Program-made: the position numbers and the translations under genes
The notes under the pieces: generated by a model
Seen by the model: only the letters and a program-made list of their open reading frames with translations
The model's database searches: none
What the model was told of the DNA's origin: nothing
Source of the DNA: Lingula anatina
Lineage: Eukaryota; Animalia; Brachiopoda
Assembly: GCA_051362555.1 (NCBI GenBank)
Contig: CM120643.1
Coordinates: forward strand, 17,054,848 to 17,118,847
Length of the DNA: 64,000 nucleotides
Direction of reading: 5' to 3'
Part shown: positions 22,501-34,000 of the stretch, piece after piece
How the letters are laid out: each line of letters starts with the position of its first letter
Numbering within the stretch: the stretch's first letter is position 1

Positions 22501-23765
22501 AGTGGACCATGTTCAGGGCACTCATTCCGCCTCAGTTTGCCACATTCCTGACACCAAAGTTGTTTCCAATTGTCAGACATGTTACTGACATCACGGAGCA
22601 CCCCTTTTGGAGCACTGTACTTCTCCAATGCTTTGTTCTCTAGTTTTGACTCATTGCTAGTTTTCTGAATCAGGATGTCATATTTGGAAACTTTTTTCTT
22701 TCGTTTTTTCTCCCCCTTGGACTGGGAATCTGGATTTGACCTTAAATCCCCTCCATTGACATCAGATGTACTGTTTACAGTGTCTGAGCCATTGACTTCA
22801 TTTCCCTTACCAGATCTCTTTTTACCAACTTTGATCATAAGTTTGTTATTACCAACAGAATCCTTTCTGGTGACATTTTGACCTTTGACCTCATCAGCTG
22901 TATCACCTTCCAGATTTGGAACAGTCATTGCGCTTGCCTGGCTTCTGTGTTTTCTCTTTTTTAGGATTTGCTTTTCAGGAGAACTTGAAACAGGTTTCTC
23001 CTTCTGATTGGTTGACTTAACCTGCTCTTCTGTTCGCAATAATTTCTGCGGTCTCCCCTTGCGACGTCTGGAGCTGCTGTCTATCCTGAAAGTCTCGGCA
23101 TCACTTTCATCAAAGGACGGATCTTGAGTATCTGATTCGCCATCATCATCATCTGCTACTCCTACAATCTCAGAGTAATTCACCTTTTTGTTCTCTGTGG
23201 ATTTTCTCTTCGGTCTACCATTTACATTTGTTCCGGTTCCTTCTGTAGTTTGCTGCCCCTCTACAAGACCAGATAAATATTTCTGATCAATAATAGACCT
23301 GCTTTTTTTTGTTTTCACTAGTTTGTCCATGCAAAGTTTTTCTTTGGGTTGTGAATCAAGACCATCTGTCTGAGTGTATGCTTTTGGGTCAGATTCAATA
23401 GATGAACTTAGCTGAGATCCAGTAGTTGAGATTTTTGATTGATTAGATTGCAGAGTCGGTCCAATGATTGCTTGGTCACTGCTAGTACTGATCTCCATGG
23501 ATACAGAGTTAAGGGAGATAGGTTCCTTGGATACAGATTTCACAACAACATCTTCCATACAGTCAGCTATATCAAAAGTTTTGCTTGGCTCTTTAACTGA
23601 AACTTCCGATATAGGAACAATTTGAGAACTGTCAGATGAACTGTCTGATTTTAATGTGACCTCCATATTCTTCTTGCCTGTAGACATGTTTTCAGTAACC
23701 TTTTCTGTGACCTGTCCCAGTTCTTGGTCAAATGTTGACCTGGTGTCTGGATTTTTGGCACTCAT
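19524..23765 (-). CDS. PR/SET-domain zinc-finger protein (PRDM10/15-like), single coding exon, 1413 aa
   Basis: Zinc knuckle WCQECGKLRRNECPEHGP; PR domain FGPLEG...CNWIMFIR...QNIVAFQ...EELRYYY; Q-rich region; five C-terminal C2H2 fingers; AT-hook-like RKGRPQK; strong acceptor at 23879-23881. Confidence 0.92.
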   Translation of the reverse strand: MSAKNPDTRSTFDQELGQVTEKVTENMSTGKKNMEVTLKSDSSSDSSQIVPISEVSVKEPSKTFDIADCMEDVVVKSVSKEPISLNSVSMEISTSSDQAIIGPTLQSNQSKISTTGSQLSSSIESDPKAYTQTDGLDSQPKEKLCMDKLVKTKKSRSIIDQKYLSGLVEGQQTTEGTGTNVNGRPKRKSTENKKVNYSEIVGVADDDDGESDTQDPSFDESDAETFRIDSSSRRRKGRPQKLLRTEEQVKSTNQKEKPVSSSPEKQILKKRKHRSQASAMTVPNLEGDTADEVKGQNVTRKDSVGNNKLMIKVGKKRSGKGNEVNGSDTVNSTSDVNGGDLRSNPDSQSKGEKKRKKKVSKYDILIQKTSNESKLENKALEKYSAPKGVLRDVSNMSDNWKQLWCQECGKLRRNECPEHGPLQVIPDRRQLKAYATLPRVLTIRNINPKKKSKYGPKQEDVVGVFAIRKVQKSFRFGPLEGKYISFPTNFDLTSKWLLFRDTGNPLCLEANDVEACNWIMFIRRTTDIKDQNIVAFQYESDIFFVTTRDIEEGEELRYYYSDNYYELLMEALPKEIMKGFPEPWVLRGEPSRSQLGALVSEEEPCNLPLKDNIANKGGQLSAVGNTSSGTKPKEPQAREDQYAVVEMNGEQVLCKIVSANQNEVSLQTGGSSDISNIIRQAAESQGIGPEMESDGSNMAVSLLGGVPTVSQANQSPAIHQQQLLQQQVSANQAPPTLSVLATQSHASASTTAKQQQQVSTEVQQQLQPPQQLSLSCQQQQQPTAYLPVSSESLSTSIVPPIVPMSSGQYAGQQQAVSGEDSLQAALAYARGDYDHIYTQAGHHYYLYPGDARGRADFSYNDNMQTQSANAVDIALRYLQSLSEGSTPTSRQDQSQSQQHTMGVQAQQVPYSAATVDSVPASQMYPGIAQSLGQGQFEMATGTYSQFQSGMVGELQQQQPVRPMSDLLPALGSGQSTDQGSQFANLNPVSFDHIQAVMEDSSQRYQEATPVSTAQTSQLAQPGVHLTQSGTTQLQLLQHNVGVDIITLPMGDIAPGPSQEIPVQPGKKSVKKRRQQGIPIRPVKSRRESSVVEDEEEEDEVSDELEVVTLTAIAKNGQQPDENDETPIICYTKQEDVRICASYAMMEGHNVLLLCIKLKKPKKRNIRKPAQIYNMPEQLEQPTGPFTQLADGTAPKGEQTVVLPDLIGQPTKEEPDVGHTYRYILPPGWKSSYVCTRCGRVFRMMSMLRSHWMSHTNKRTHLCEVCGQGFKSYACLRRHTEIHDNSREIKYFCTQCGKGFFDQYKCRRHEMIHTGEHFKHRCPICEKVFSSSTHLKRHRLIHDGIKPFPCALCDRKFTQKSDMLKHAALHEKYTGPVTCTSNTSTTFAVIAPHPPQNGATQILHTTLPTYALYR

Positions 23766-24458
23766 GTTGCTCTTTTCTGATCATATGCCATAACACTGTG
23801 ACCAATATGGATAACTTGAATGAGCACTATCTTTTAGGTGAACAGCCTGGGGTATCCAACAACTTCCAAGGGATGATCCTGAGTAAGAAAAATAAAACAA
23901 ATATTAGGTAGAGAATCAGGATTCAATCTTTGTAAGTTATCAAAATGCTCATGCCACTTGGCAGTATAAATTTATAAATGGAACAGTGAATATAGTGGTA
24001 CAAATTTATAATTGAAAAATACGTTCTTTACTTAGCAGCTAATTCCTATATTTGTATCTGCTTATCATTGACAGGTTAAGTTATAGGTGACAAATACTTT
24101 AATGAAGCACTTAATTTTAAACCAAAATTCTTAGCCAAGACTTCTTAAACTGTTTACTCAGCTTATATATCAAATAGTGTTTCTAGCATTATGAACAAAA
24201 CAGTGTACTTACTAACTACAATGTCTTCATCTGTCTCTAAATCGTTTCACGTAAAAGGTCTTCAGACTTTTTTCCAGCGCAGCAAAGTAGATTGGCGGAA
24301 AGGATACAGTAAGAATGCCGAGGCAGTTTATGGTCTTTTATTAGTACCTTCAATGCTATGGCAAAATGTTGCTGTACGGAAACTTGAGTCGATTTGATTG
24401 ACTGTTTATCATGACTCATATATGATCAAGTTCTTGTACACACAGGAGAGAAGCACTA

Positions 24459-26269
24459 CTCTGAAGTGCCAAATAAACGTGCCGGCACGTTTATTTTTTT
24501 TCCGGAAATTTTCCACCCGGCACGATCTTATTCTCCCCGGCACGATTAATAATTTTCCACACGGCACGGTTATTTGGCACTCACTGTGCCGGTTGGAAAT
24601 GCTGTTGATCGTTTCGGAAATGTTGATGATCGTTTCATTGGACAAGTTAATAATTATTAATGACCTGTCGCAAGCACTACACTCGAACTTGTTTTTAGCG
24701 TAAATAAAAGCCAGTGTTTCTCCAGCATATAACTATGTAAAGAGCGAGGCGCCGCGCTTATATTTGTCAAAAGCACCGCCTCGCTGGGCTGAATGGAACA
24801 AAAAAGTATATTTTCACTCATGTTAACTGAAATTTATATTTATTTCTAAGCAAATATGGCATTCTATTTACATACTGTAGGTAATCCCATGCTTCTGAGC
24901 ACTTGATTTAGTAGTAACGAAAATACGCATGCGCGTATGCTATCTCCTTGTGAGTGCCTCGTTTTCGCAGTTCTGTGCTTTATTTGAAGTATACGAGACA
25001 GAGCAAAACGAGGCAACTCCTCTCGACAACATTTAGTCACATGTCACAAATACACTTTCTCTGTCACTTCGTCATGTTCCGAAATTAAGACCGCCTGTTG
25101 TGTGTTTTTATAGTTTACGTTTATTCACTGATAAAAATGGAGAAAATTAAGTGGATTTTGTTGATTTTATAAATTTGGAGAAGATTTTCTACTGATTTAC
25201 GGGTTAGTTTTGTGAAAGCAGTAGCGTTGTAAAACTGGGTCACGTCAGTATTTCGCGTGCATTGAATATGAATTTCCATGAATAGAATCATATAAATGAA
25301 CAAACGAAGAACTCAAATTGGCGATAAGTGTGATTTAAATCTCTTTAATTCTGAAAAATTCATTTCACGGTGTTTGAAGTTGTTGATTATAAATTACATC
25401 TCAAACTACGTATAATTAGTAGCGGGAGTCGCTTTGCGCTGAACGACAGGAAAGAGAACATTTTTGCGGCAGTTTTATTTAAGGATGAAGCGCTCCCACA
25501 CGCAAAGTCAATTGACCAGTTACTTTCAGAAAGGTGAAAAATGGTAAGAAAAACATATTATATCACTTTTTTGGTCAATCCAAAAATAATTCAATATAGG
25601 AAGCCCTTTTTCTTGATTCCGGTAAGTATTAAAGTAGTAATTTTTTTTTTTTTTTTTTGAAATAGTATGTTCTATAATTTTTGAAAGTTTAAATTAGCAT
25701 TATAGGAACTGCTGCTGCTGAACCTTAAACTTCAAGATTGACTAAACTGACTGAATGCATAGACAGGAAAATAAATTTTGTCTAAACCTTTGTTATGTCA
25801 TTACTAAATTAATTCCTCAAAACATCTAAAACAAGACAATTCAGTGACACATAAGATGTAAAAAAAATTACATAAATACCCTAAAATGCACCAAATTGCA
25901 CCTCGATTGAAAAAAATTTCCAGGGGAGCTTGGTAATAGAGATTACTCTAAATAGTTAAACTATGTTAAACTATGTGTATAAAATCAAAGGTTAATTTGT
26001 CTAGATATTGTGTTTTTTATGTTTAATAGTCAAAACATAATTTTCCCAGATTGGAATATAATTTAAAATTGCCATTACAATTATTCATTTAAATTATTAA
26101 AATTGATAAAATTTTCCGGGGGGCACAGTTATTCCGCTAGGCACTGTTATTAAATATCGGGAAATTTTCCAGGGGGCACAGTTATTCCGCTAGGCACTGT
26201 TATTAATTTTGGAAAATTTTCCGGGGGGCACTGTTATTCCGGTAGGCACTCTTATTCGGCACTTCAGAG
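24459..26269. mobile_element. Non-autonomous Tc1/mariner-pogo-type TIR element (1.8 kb), TA TSD
   Basis: TA|CTCTGAAGTGCCAAATAA ... TTATTCGGCACTTCAGAG|TA; subterminal GGCAC.GTTATT repeats; no transposase ORF. Confidence 0.85.
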
Positions 26270-27559
26270 TATGAGCATGAAAATGCTGGCAGCTTAAACA
26301 AGCTTTTCAGTAACTATTGCATCACAGTTATGGCAAAACAATTCACATTTTTCTGGTGAATAAGAGCAGACAAGAGGATATTATGTAACTGCAACATGTG
26401 CAGCAGTTACAAGTTGAAGTAGATCAGAGTATTGTAGTGAGATGTGTTCATGTGTCATATGACACACAGCCTGACACAGGTATAAAATTGAACTCCCGCC
26501 CTACATTTCAGTTCAGCAACACGGGTCTACCCAGAGCATATTGTTTAATGTTTAAATCAGTTTAATTCAGTTTTAGTCCATATCAGTTTATATCAGTTTT
26601 TTGCAAGATTTTAATAGTTTTTCTGCAACGAAATACAATATATCCACTCCAAGAAAGTTTTCGAGTTTTTCACCAGTACGGTCATGGCAACATATTAAAC
26701 ACTATATTTTTACATAATATATGCCAATATCTCTAATACAGTTTTCTTACAATATTATTTTTTTTTTTAATTACATTTGTACATACTCTTACTTTATATG
26801 CCTTACAGACTGTACGGGATATAAGTAGCTTGAATTCATGACAAAATTGTGTTGGAGGTGCAATTTTAACCACTTTTGCTGCCCAAGTGAATGATTTTAG
26901 ATGTTAAATAAAATAAATTTTTTTGAGTAAGAAACTAGCTGGCACTTATAAAGTTTATAGCTTAGGGTATTTGTACTTGTTTCATTTGTATGTTTAAAGA
27001 CATGGGAGCAAGTGATAGAAAAAAAGGCTTATATTTATTGCTGTGCATTAAACAAATGGGCTGTATTCAAGCATTTCATATCAGTGACAGTAACAATACT
27101 CAGGTACAATAGATTTCAGGGATTTCTATCATCTCTGTAATAGGTCTTGATAAACAAGAACCACAACTGGTAACTACAGTCGTTGCGTGCAATCAGTCAC
27201 GATCAGTAAATACAGTACTTACATAAAACTAAAGGAACGTGTTGGAAGACTTACGAAACAAGGACGTGAATGCCATGTTAATGTATATGTAACATTTTCA
27301 AGACGGTTTAGTCTTAATTTAGAGGTGAGCACTAGAACAAACCCTTGCCTGGATGTTTCGCTGGATAAGGGGTTTCACAAGGCTTCTTAGCTTGCAGGGG
27401 TACCTCGACCTTCAGGTGTACTGATCATGTGACATCACCACGCAATCTACCTGTTTTTCTCATTTGAATATCAATGCATGGGCAAGTTCTTCGTGATGCA
27501 GCCGGGCGACAATATGGCATTTCGTGACCTACTTTTGCAGCACTTCTGCACCTTTTACG

Positions 27560-27830
27560 TGAAACGATTTCCAGAACACGACAGAGTGATAGGCTTACAG
27601 CATACTCACTTCCAAAGCTACATTGTCTAATGTTACATGATTTGGGGAATGTTTACCTGAAAATGTTTCTGATCGTGTAATCAACAAAAACAACGATGCG
27701 GTCAAAATCTTGCAATGTCCTTTGTGACTGCCTCCGCCTGTGATGACGTCATGACATTCCTGCTCTGATTTTAGGCACTCTCATTATAGATGGCAGTGCA
27801 TTTGAAGAGAGATTTTGAAAAGTTGGTTTA
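27560..27830. promoter_or_regulatory. Putative bidirectional promoter between CENP-N and the CMC2/PRDM unit
   Basis: Lies between divergent genes; perfect CRE TGACGTCA at 27745-27752; CHR-like TTTGAA at ~27801 and ~27814; minus-strand donors (GTGAGT ~27604-27609, GTAAGT 27217-27222) to its left. Confidence 0.45.
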
Positions 27831-28098
27831 TTATTTTTAATTAATTTAGACTACATATTAACATGACAGAGTAGATTGATAGCACGGACAATTTTATTGA
27901 TATATTTTTTATTTAACAAGTTAATGGTTGTTTTTTTTAACATTTTAATTATGTTGGACATTTGAGCTCATTTGGGGGTATCTTGATTTTAGCGCTCCCT
28001 ATAAGATTGCTCAAACCATCAAGCGCTGATTTCAACTTGATTTCTGATTTGCATTTTTTTATTTTAGGTAAAAACAAAATGATACGTTTAATTAAGTG

Positions 28099-31000
28099 AT
28101 GGAGTACGAACTGCTGAAGAAAACTTTAGTTAGACTAAGGCGTGATGAACTTGAAAAGACGCTAAAGAAGTGGTCAAAATTGAGTAAACACCATCCTGCT
28201 TGGGGATGTTTGGAAGGCCTCGACTTATCAACTACAAAGATCCAATTATTACCGCAGTTATATAAGGTACTATTCACATAAAGTGTGTAAATTTAAGTTT
28301 AGGGGTATATCAGGTCGTTTATCCACATGTCTAGTTATGTTTCCCAAATTTGGTTAAAATTACGAGAGCCCCAGCCAATTATAAAGGCCTCCTAAAATAC
28401 ACAGTATTGTCTATTGAGTTTTACATATGGTTTAAGGTTCATAACTTTATTTACAGTGATAATTGAAATTTATTATTTCACCCAATATCACTACGTATGT
28501 TACTGGGAATGATTATATCACATGATCACGCGTAAAAACTACAGATTTGCCTTTTTGAATTTCACCATAAATGTCATTAGTTGCACTTTAAAGTTTATCT
28601 TTTCAGAGACTGTCCAAAATTCAGCCTCATCATGCAGGGGAGTTGGATTTGTTGTGTAAGTAGTGTGTAATGGACTAAATGTGAAATTGCCACGTTTAGG
28701 CAGTCCTCAGTGTAAATGACCTTGGCATGACGTGGTAAAGCTTCCAGGTTGTCAGCTAGTATCTGTCTTACTAAGCCAACTGATATTAAGTAATAATTAA
28801 AAGAACGCTTAAAGCTTTTGGGTTTTATTTGGCTCTTAACTGTAAAAACACATTTTTACAATATTGAGGAAATATCAAAAAAATGCTTGTCAAGTAAAGC
28901 CTTTTATATTTAAAGCAATAATAACTCTTCCTTTGAGATTCAAAATTCCGCAAGAAATACATTGTAAGCAATGCATGGAAATATATTCTATTGTATTTTA
29001 ATTACCACTAAAACGGCCGTTATTGTAGTAAAACCAAAATCTGTGCTCGTCAATAGGGCTTTCGATGCCTTTCTTTCCGATCGTCAAGGCATCCATTGCC
29101 AATGACGTAGGGGTGTCACGCGGATTCTCGCGTTTATTCGAGACCAAAATAACATATGGCGCCAAACGCCTGATGCAATCCGCAGACGTAAGTTGTGAGT
29201 TTTTGTATAGTGTGTCGGATAACGAAAAGCCCAGAATTGTACACATTGTAGATATAAATGCATTTTGAGCAATAAGACGAATATATCTTATGAATCATAT
29301 ATTACTCTGAAGTATCGAATAAAAGTACTGATGGAATAAAAGTACTGGGTGGAAAAAATCTCGAAATTTAATAGAAGTACTGGATGGAATAAAAGTACTG
29401 CCTGGAAAAAACCTTCACACCACTCCCCCCCTCCCCCCCCCCCCCAAAAAAAAAAAAAAATGAAATAAATAAATAAAAATAAAGAAGAGAAAGAAAAAAG
29501 CTAGCTATTTATCATTGTAAGAAAATAATAATAATAAATAAATTTTAAAAAAACTTTCACTAGGTAAAGCTCACTCAGTATTATAATTTATTTATCTTAA
29601 AAACGGGATATCTAATTTATTTTCGAAAAAATATTTGTCATGAGTTAAATTTCATAATCCGAAGACCCAGATGTATTGCACCTAAGCCGCCTCCGATAGC
29701 CATACGGAGACGTTATTCATAGTAAATTTATTCTCAGATATAAGGTTCGTTTTGCATACCTGTAAACTCCTTAGGGTTTATCTTACATAGAAGTGTGATT
29801 TAACATCGTTTAAATCATAAATAAATCGGCATGAAATAAATTGACGTTTGAAAACAGACAACTTCTTTGCTGCACTTGAAATGACCTCCTTAGCTATAAA
29901 TATGATCCTATCACCTTGCGACATTACATCACTCGATCGATATGCATGAGTAGTTGTCACTGTTGAAGGGAAAGCACGTCTATTTATAGGAACTGAAATC
30001 AGACCGCATGTATTGTTGTGTTCAGAGAGCGACTTCCGTTTGACCTACTTTCCAGTGCTGTATGTCGAACTGTAGCTGCACCGTGTTTCTTCTCATCTAT
30101 ACTTCAATTTAAGAAAATAAAAAAACTTGACTTGTACAATTTCCCACCGGTACAAAAGGTATTTAATAAACATACTGGGTGGAAGATTTTTGAAAAATTA
30201 ATAAGCGTACTGGGTGGAAATGGTGCATACTGGCAGGAAGAAATTTGAAAAATTAATTAACGTACCGGTACGTTTATTTGATACTTCAGAGTATTGTTAT
30301 ATAGTGTTGTTGTTGTCTGCTTTTCCCATGGTTTTAAGTAGGTCACCAGAAAATATCGCTCGATATCGCATGACTATCCAATGTCAGAGAGGGCTCCGTC
30401 AGTTAAAATCTCTTAAGAGATTTTAACAAAAAATCAAACTTTTAGGAAAAAAAACCTGGACTAACTTTTAATGCAGGAATGGGGTTGTTGACCATTGGTA
30501 AGTAGGGGAAAATTGCCGTTTACTCCAGGAAAATCCAATTTTCGGCCAAAACGAAGAGTTAGTATGACTTTAAGAACTTTCATTCTGTTATTTTATTATA
30601 TGAGAACATGAACTATTCAACTGTCTGAAACATAGAATTAATATGAAAACCACATAGGTAAATGCAGCTGAAATATTTTATGTTCTGCATTTTCCAGACA
30701 TGCTGCAGCACTCCTCTAGTAAAACCTGGACAGTGTGGCTGTCAACTGAGCTGCATGGTAAGTTATTGGGGAAAAATGTTAGAATTGTATTATATTTATA
30801 GAAATGTGTGTGTGTGTGTGTGTGTATGGGGGGGGGGGGCAGATAACATGTAGAATGTATTTTATATTTATAGAAATGTGTGTGTGTATGGGGGGGGGGG
30901 GGGGGGCAGATAACATGTAGAATTGCTCTCTTTGAATGCAGTCCAAAGTGCGTGGAAAGCTCTTGAAGTTAAGTCTGTAAATAGTAATACTGGTTGAGGT

Positions 31001-34000
31001 GTGGGAGGTACTGGATGCAGAAGTGCACTCTTTGGGTAACTTCCTAGCTGCATGTTGGATCTTGCATGGTGCTGAACAGTATAAAAAACACTGTCCTTGT
31101 CCCCTAGAGGTTTCCCCAGGATTTGGGATAGAGGGGGTCCAAAGTGTGAATTTGTAATTTCGTCACTGATTTACAGGGGACCCAACCCAAGCAAGTCAAG
31201 TCCCCAACCCATCATTTCCCCAAAAAAATTGTTAGCCGTACAGCCATCTTTGGCCATCCAAATGATAGCTGGACGGTTCTCTCGGAAAAGCCTTGCTGTC
31301 AATGCATTTTTTCCACTTGCCCACTAGCATAACTATGTTATGAAAAGATGAATAAAATAAAACAGATATTATTTGTTAAATATATCATTATCATCTGCAG
31401 GCAGTGAAGGCTATGCTGAAACACCACAAGCTTTTAGGAGACGTCTCAAAACAGCACTGGAATCATACTTCATGCTGGTAGGAAAAGTTGCTGAAACATC
31501 AGTCTGTTATTTAGTTTTCTGTAACCATTTTGGTTTGTGTGAAAGTATCCAAATGTACTGGTAGTTATATCATCTAAATTTTGCAATGTGGGTCATTAAA
31601 AATTATGAGTAATTTTTAATCATAATCTGAATTTTGCAATGTTTCTTATGTTTTTCCTTTCGTCATAGTAATTTGTTTGATTTTTCCAAGCTCTAGGAAT
31701 GTTTTACAGAAAAATTCATTAGTAAAAGCTGCATAAACTGTTGTGCTGTCTTGAAATCTGATACTTGACATGTGATTAAAATAGATATATTTTTTATGAT
31801 TTTCAGTCTCCCATTACATTTTTGCTGGTATTTATTGATTTATTTTTTCTTCAATGCTGTTTTGGTAATGACCCCCTCCTTTCTATAGTGCACAACTTTA
31901 TCAATATATTATTATTTAAAACTTGTGAGCTGGGGCCACCAGTTAAAAATGGAAATCTATTATGGACTATTCAAGAGCTCAGTAATGGGAAATCATGCCC
32001 TTCTTATCAAGTCTCCAATGTTTTGTGCCCTAGCAAGAACTGATGACTCGTTGTTGTAAACTGGTATGTTTTCATTTTAGGATATTCAAGTAATGGAACA
32101 CCAGAAGGCCCTCTGGGTGAGAATCTACATCCACGAAGACACCAAGTACCAGGCTAACAACACAGTGTATGCCGTATACTACCCACACTCACCTGTCCTT
32201 ATCTTAACTGCTATCAAGGCTGCCAACAGGGAGTATATAATTCAGGTGTGGGCATGATGAATTTAAAATAATAATAATAAACGTTTAAAACCTGGGAGGC
32301 ATGAAATCAACCCTTTATCATGATGATGGCGTGACTTACTCATCATGAGCTCCAGAAGCAATAGTATCACCATCAGTTTTGTTTTTACTGTTTATATCTC
32401 GAACCTAATACCTCATTTTGTATCTTCAAAATAATGTTATAAATTAATTTTTATATTCAGGCCTTCAGTAACACTCTCAGTGCAGGCGAACTTGAGGAAC
32501 AGATGCTGAGTGGGCACTGCTTGTCATCCTTGGCCCAGTTGTCTCTCAATAAGTACAGCCAGGTAGAAAAATTGTGTTATGATTGTATCAACTCTTGGCC
32601 AAAAAAGTTTAGAAACATCGTTATTTAACATCGTTATTTTTAATAATTATAAAATAACCATATAAACTACGGTAAATATTTTAACCAAGTATTGATGGAC
32701 AATTGTTACTTTTTATGTACAGACACAGATGTGTCTGTACATATTGCCATCACCTGCGTCTGTCGTCGCCGACGGCGATGCCGATGGCGATGGCGATGCC
32801 GGCGCCGTGCACTTTCCTTGTAAACACGATAAGTGGAGGGCAGTTTTACTTTTTGGCTTTATATTTACAGAGCTGATGAATATTCATAAAACGCAGGTCA
32901 AGTTCGAAAATCAGCATGATCAGGCCATTATTGTAGAAGTTATGCTGTTTTTTCACTTTTCAGCATATTTTTCACATTTCCTCAGATTCAATTCTTAGGC
33001 ATGTTAACAGTCTCATTATTAAACTAATAAGATACGTAAAAGTGTTTGTTTGACATTTCCTGCATCTTTACAACATTGTTAGTTGATTTTGTAAAAATGA
33101 TGGTAAACTTGTTATCGTGTATTGTGTAATAAAGTTTCAAAAATGGAAATAAACTCATATCATTGCAGTTTGTCAGATTCAATCATTCACTATGTTCAGA
33201 ATCTCAGAATGGAAGAAATTGGACATTTAACACTGCTCTGTTGATATTTTTCCCATCTCATCAACTTTCTTAGTTGATAATATAAAAATGGCAGTAAACT
33301 GTTAATTTTGTTTTATGTTACAAATTGTTAAAAATGGAAAAAAAAAACATTTCAGAACAGTGCTGTCTAGTTTACATTTTGGCATTTTCAAGTTGTGACT
33401 TTGAAGTTCCATGGGCCTGAAGACCTTTGCTAGTCACATTTTCTGAATATCCATGATACTAATATTTTATTATTAAAAATTGATGGTCATCATGCTGTTA
33501 AACATTATGTAATATTGCATCAAAATTTGAAAAAAACCTATTTTGGGCACTGCTCCCATGATGACCATTTAAGAAAAACCATGTCACTTACTGTTCTCAA
33601 ACAGTACAGTAAATATATATAGATGTGTCTGTACATATTGCCATCGTTGCCGTGCACTTTCCTTGTAAACACGATAAGTGGAAGGCAGTTTTACTTTTGG
33701 CTTTATATTTACAGAGCTGATGAATATTCATAAAATGCAGGTCAAGTTCGAAAATCAGCATGATCGGGCCATTATTGTAGAAGTTATGCTGTTTTTTCAC
33801 TTTTCAGCATATATGCAACACTGTAAACACATTTCAACAAAAACCGATAGGCCTGTTGTCATGAAACTCACAGGAAAAATTGATCTTACTAAAACGCAGG
33901 TCAAGTTCGAAAATTGGCATGATCGGGCCACTATTTTAGTAGTTATGCTTTTTTTTCTTTTTTCAGCATATATGCAACACTGTAAACACAATATAAGAAA

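Noticed and set aside
19986-22881. Plus-strand ORFs overlapping the PRDM gene
   Set aside because: Antisense shadows of a long coding sequence with no independent signals
19524-23765. PRDM9 ortholog
   Set aside because: No recognisable KRAB/SSXRD domain and no near-identical tandem finger array; the knuckle and PR domain look more like PRDM10/15
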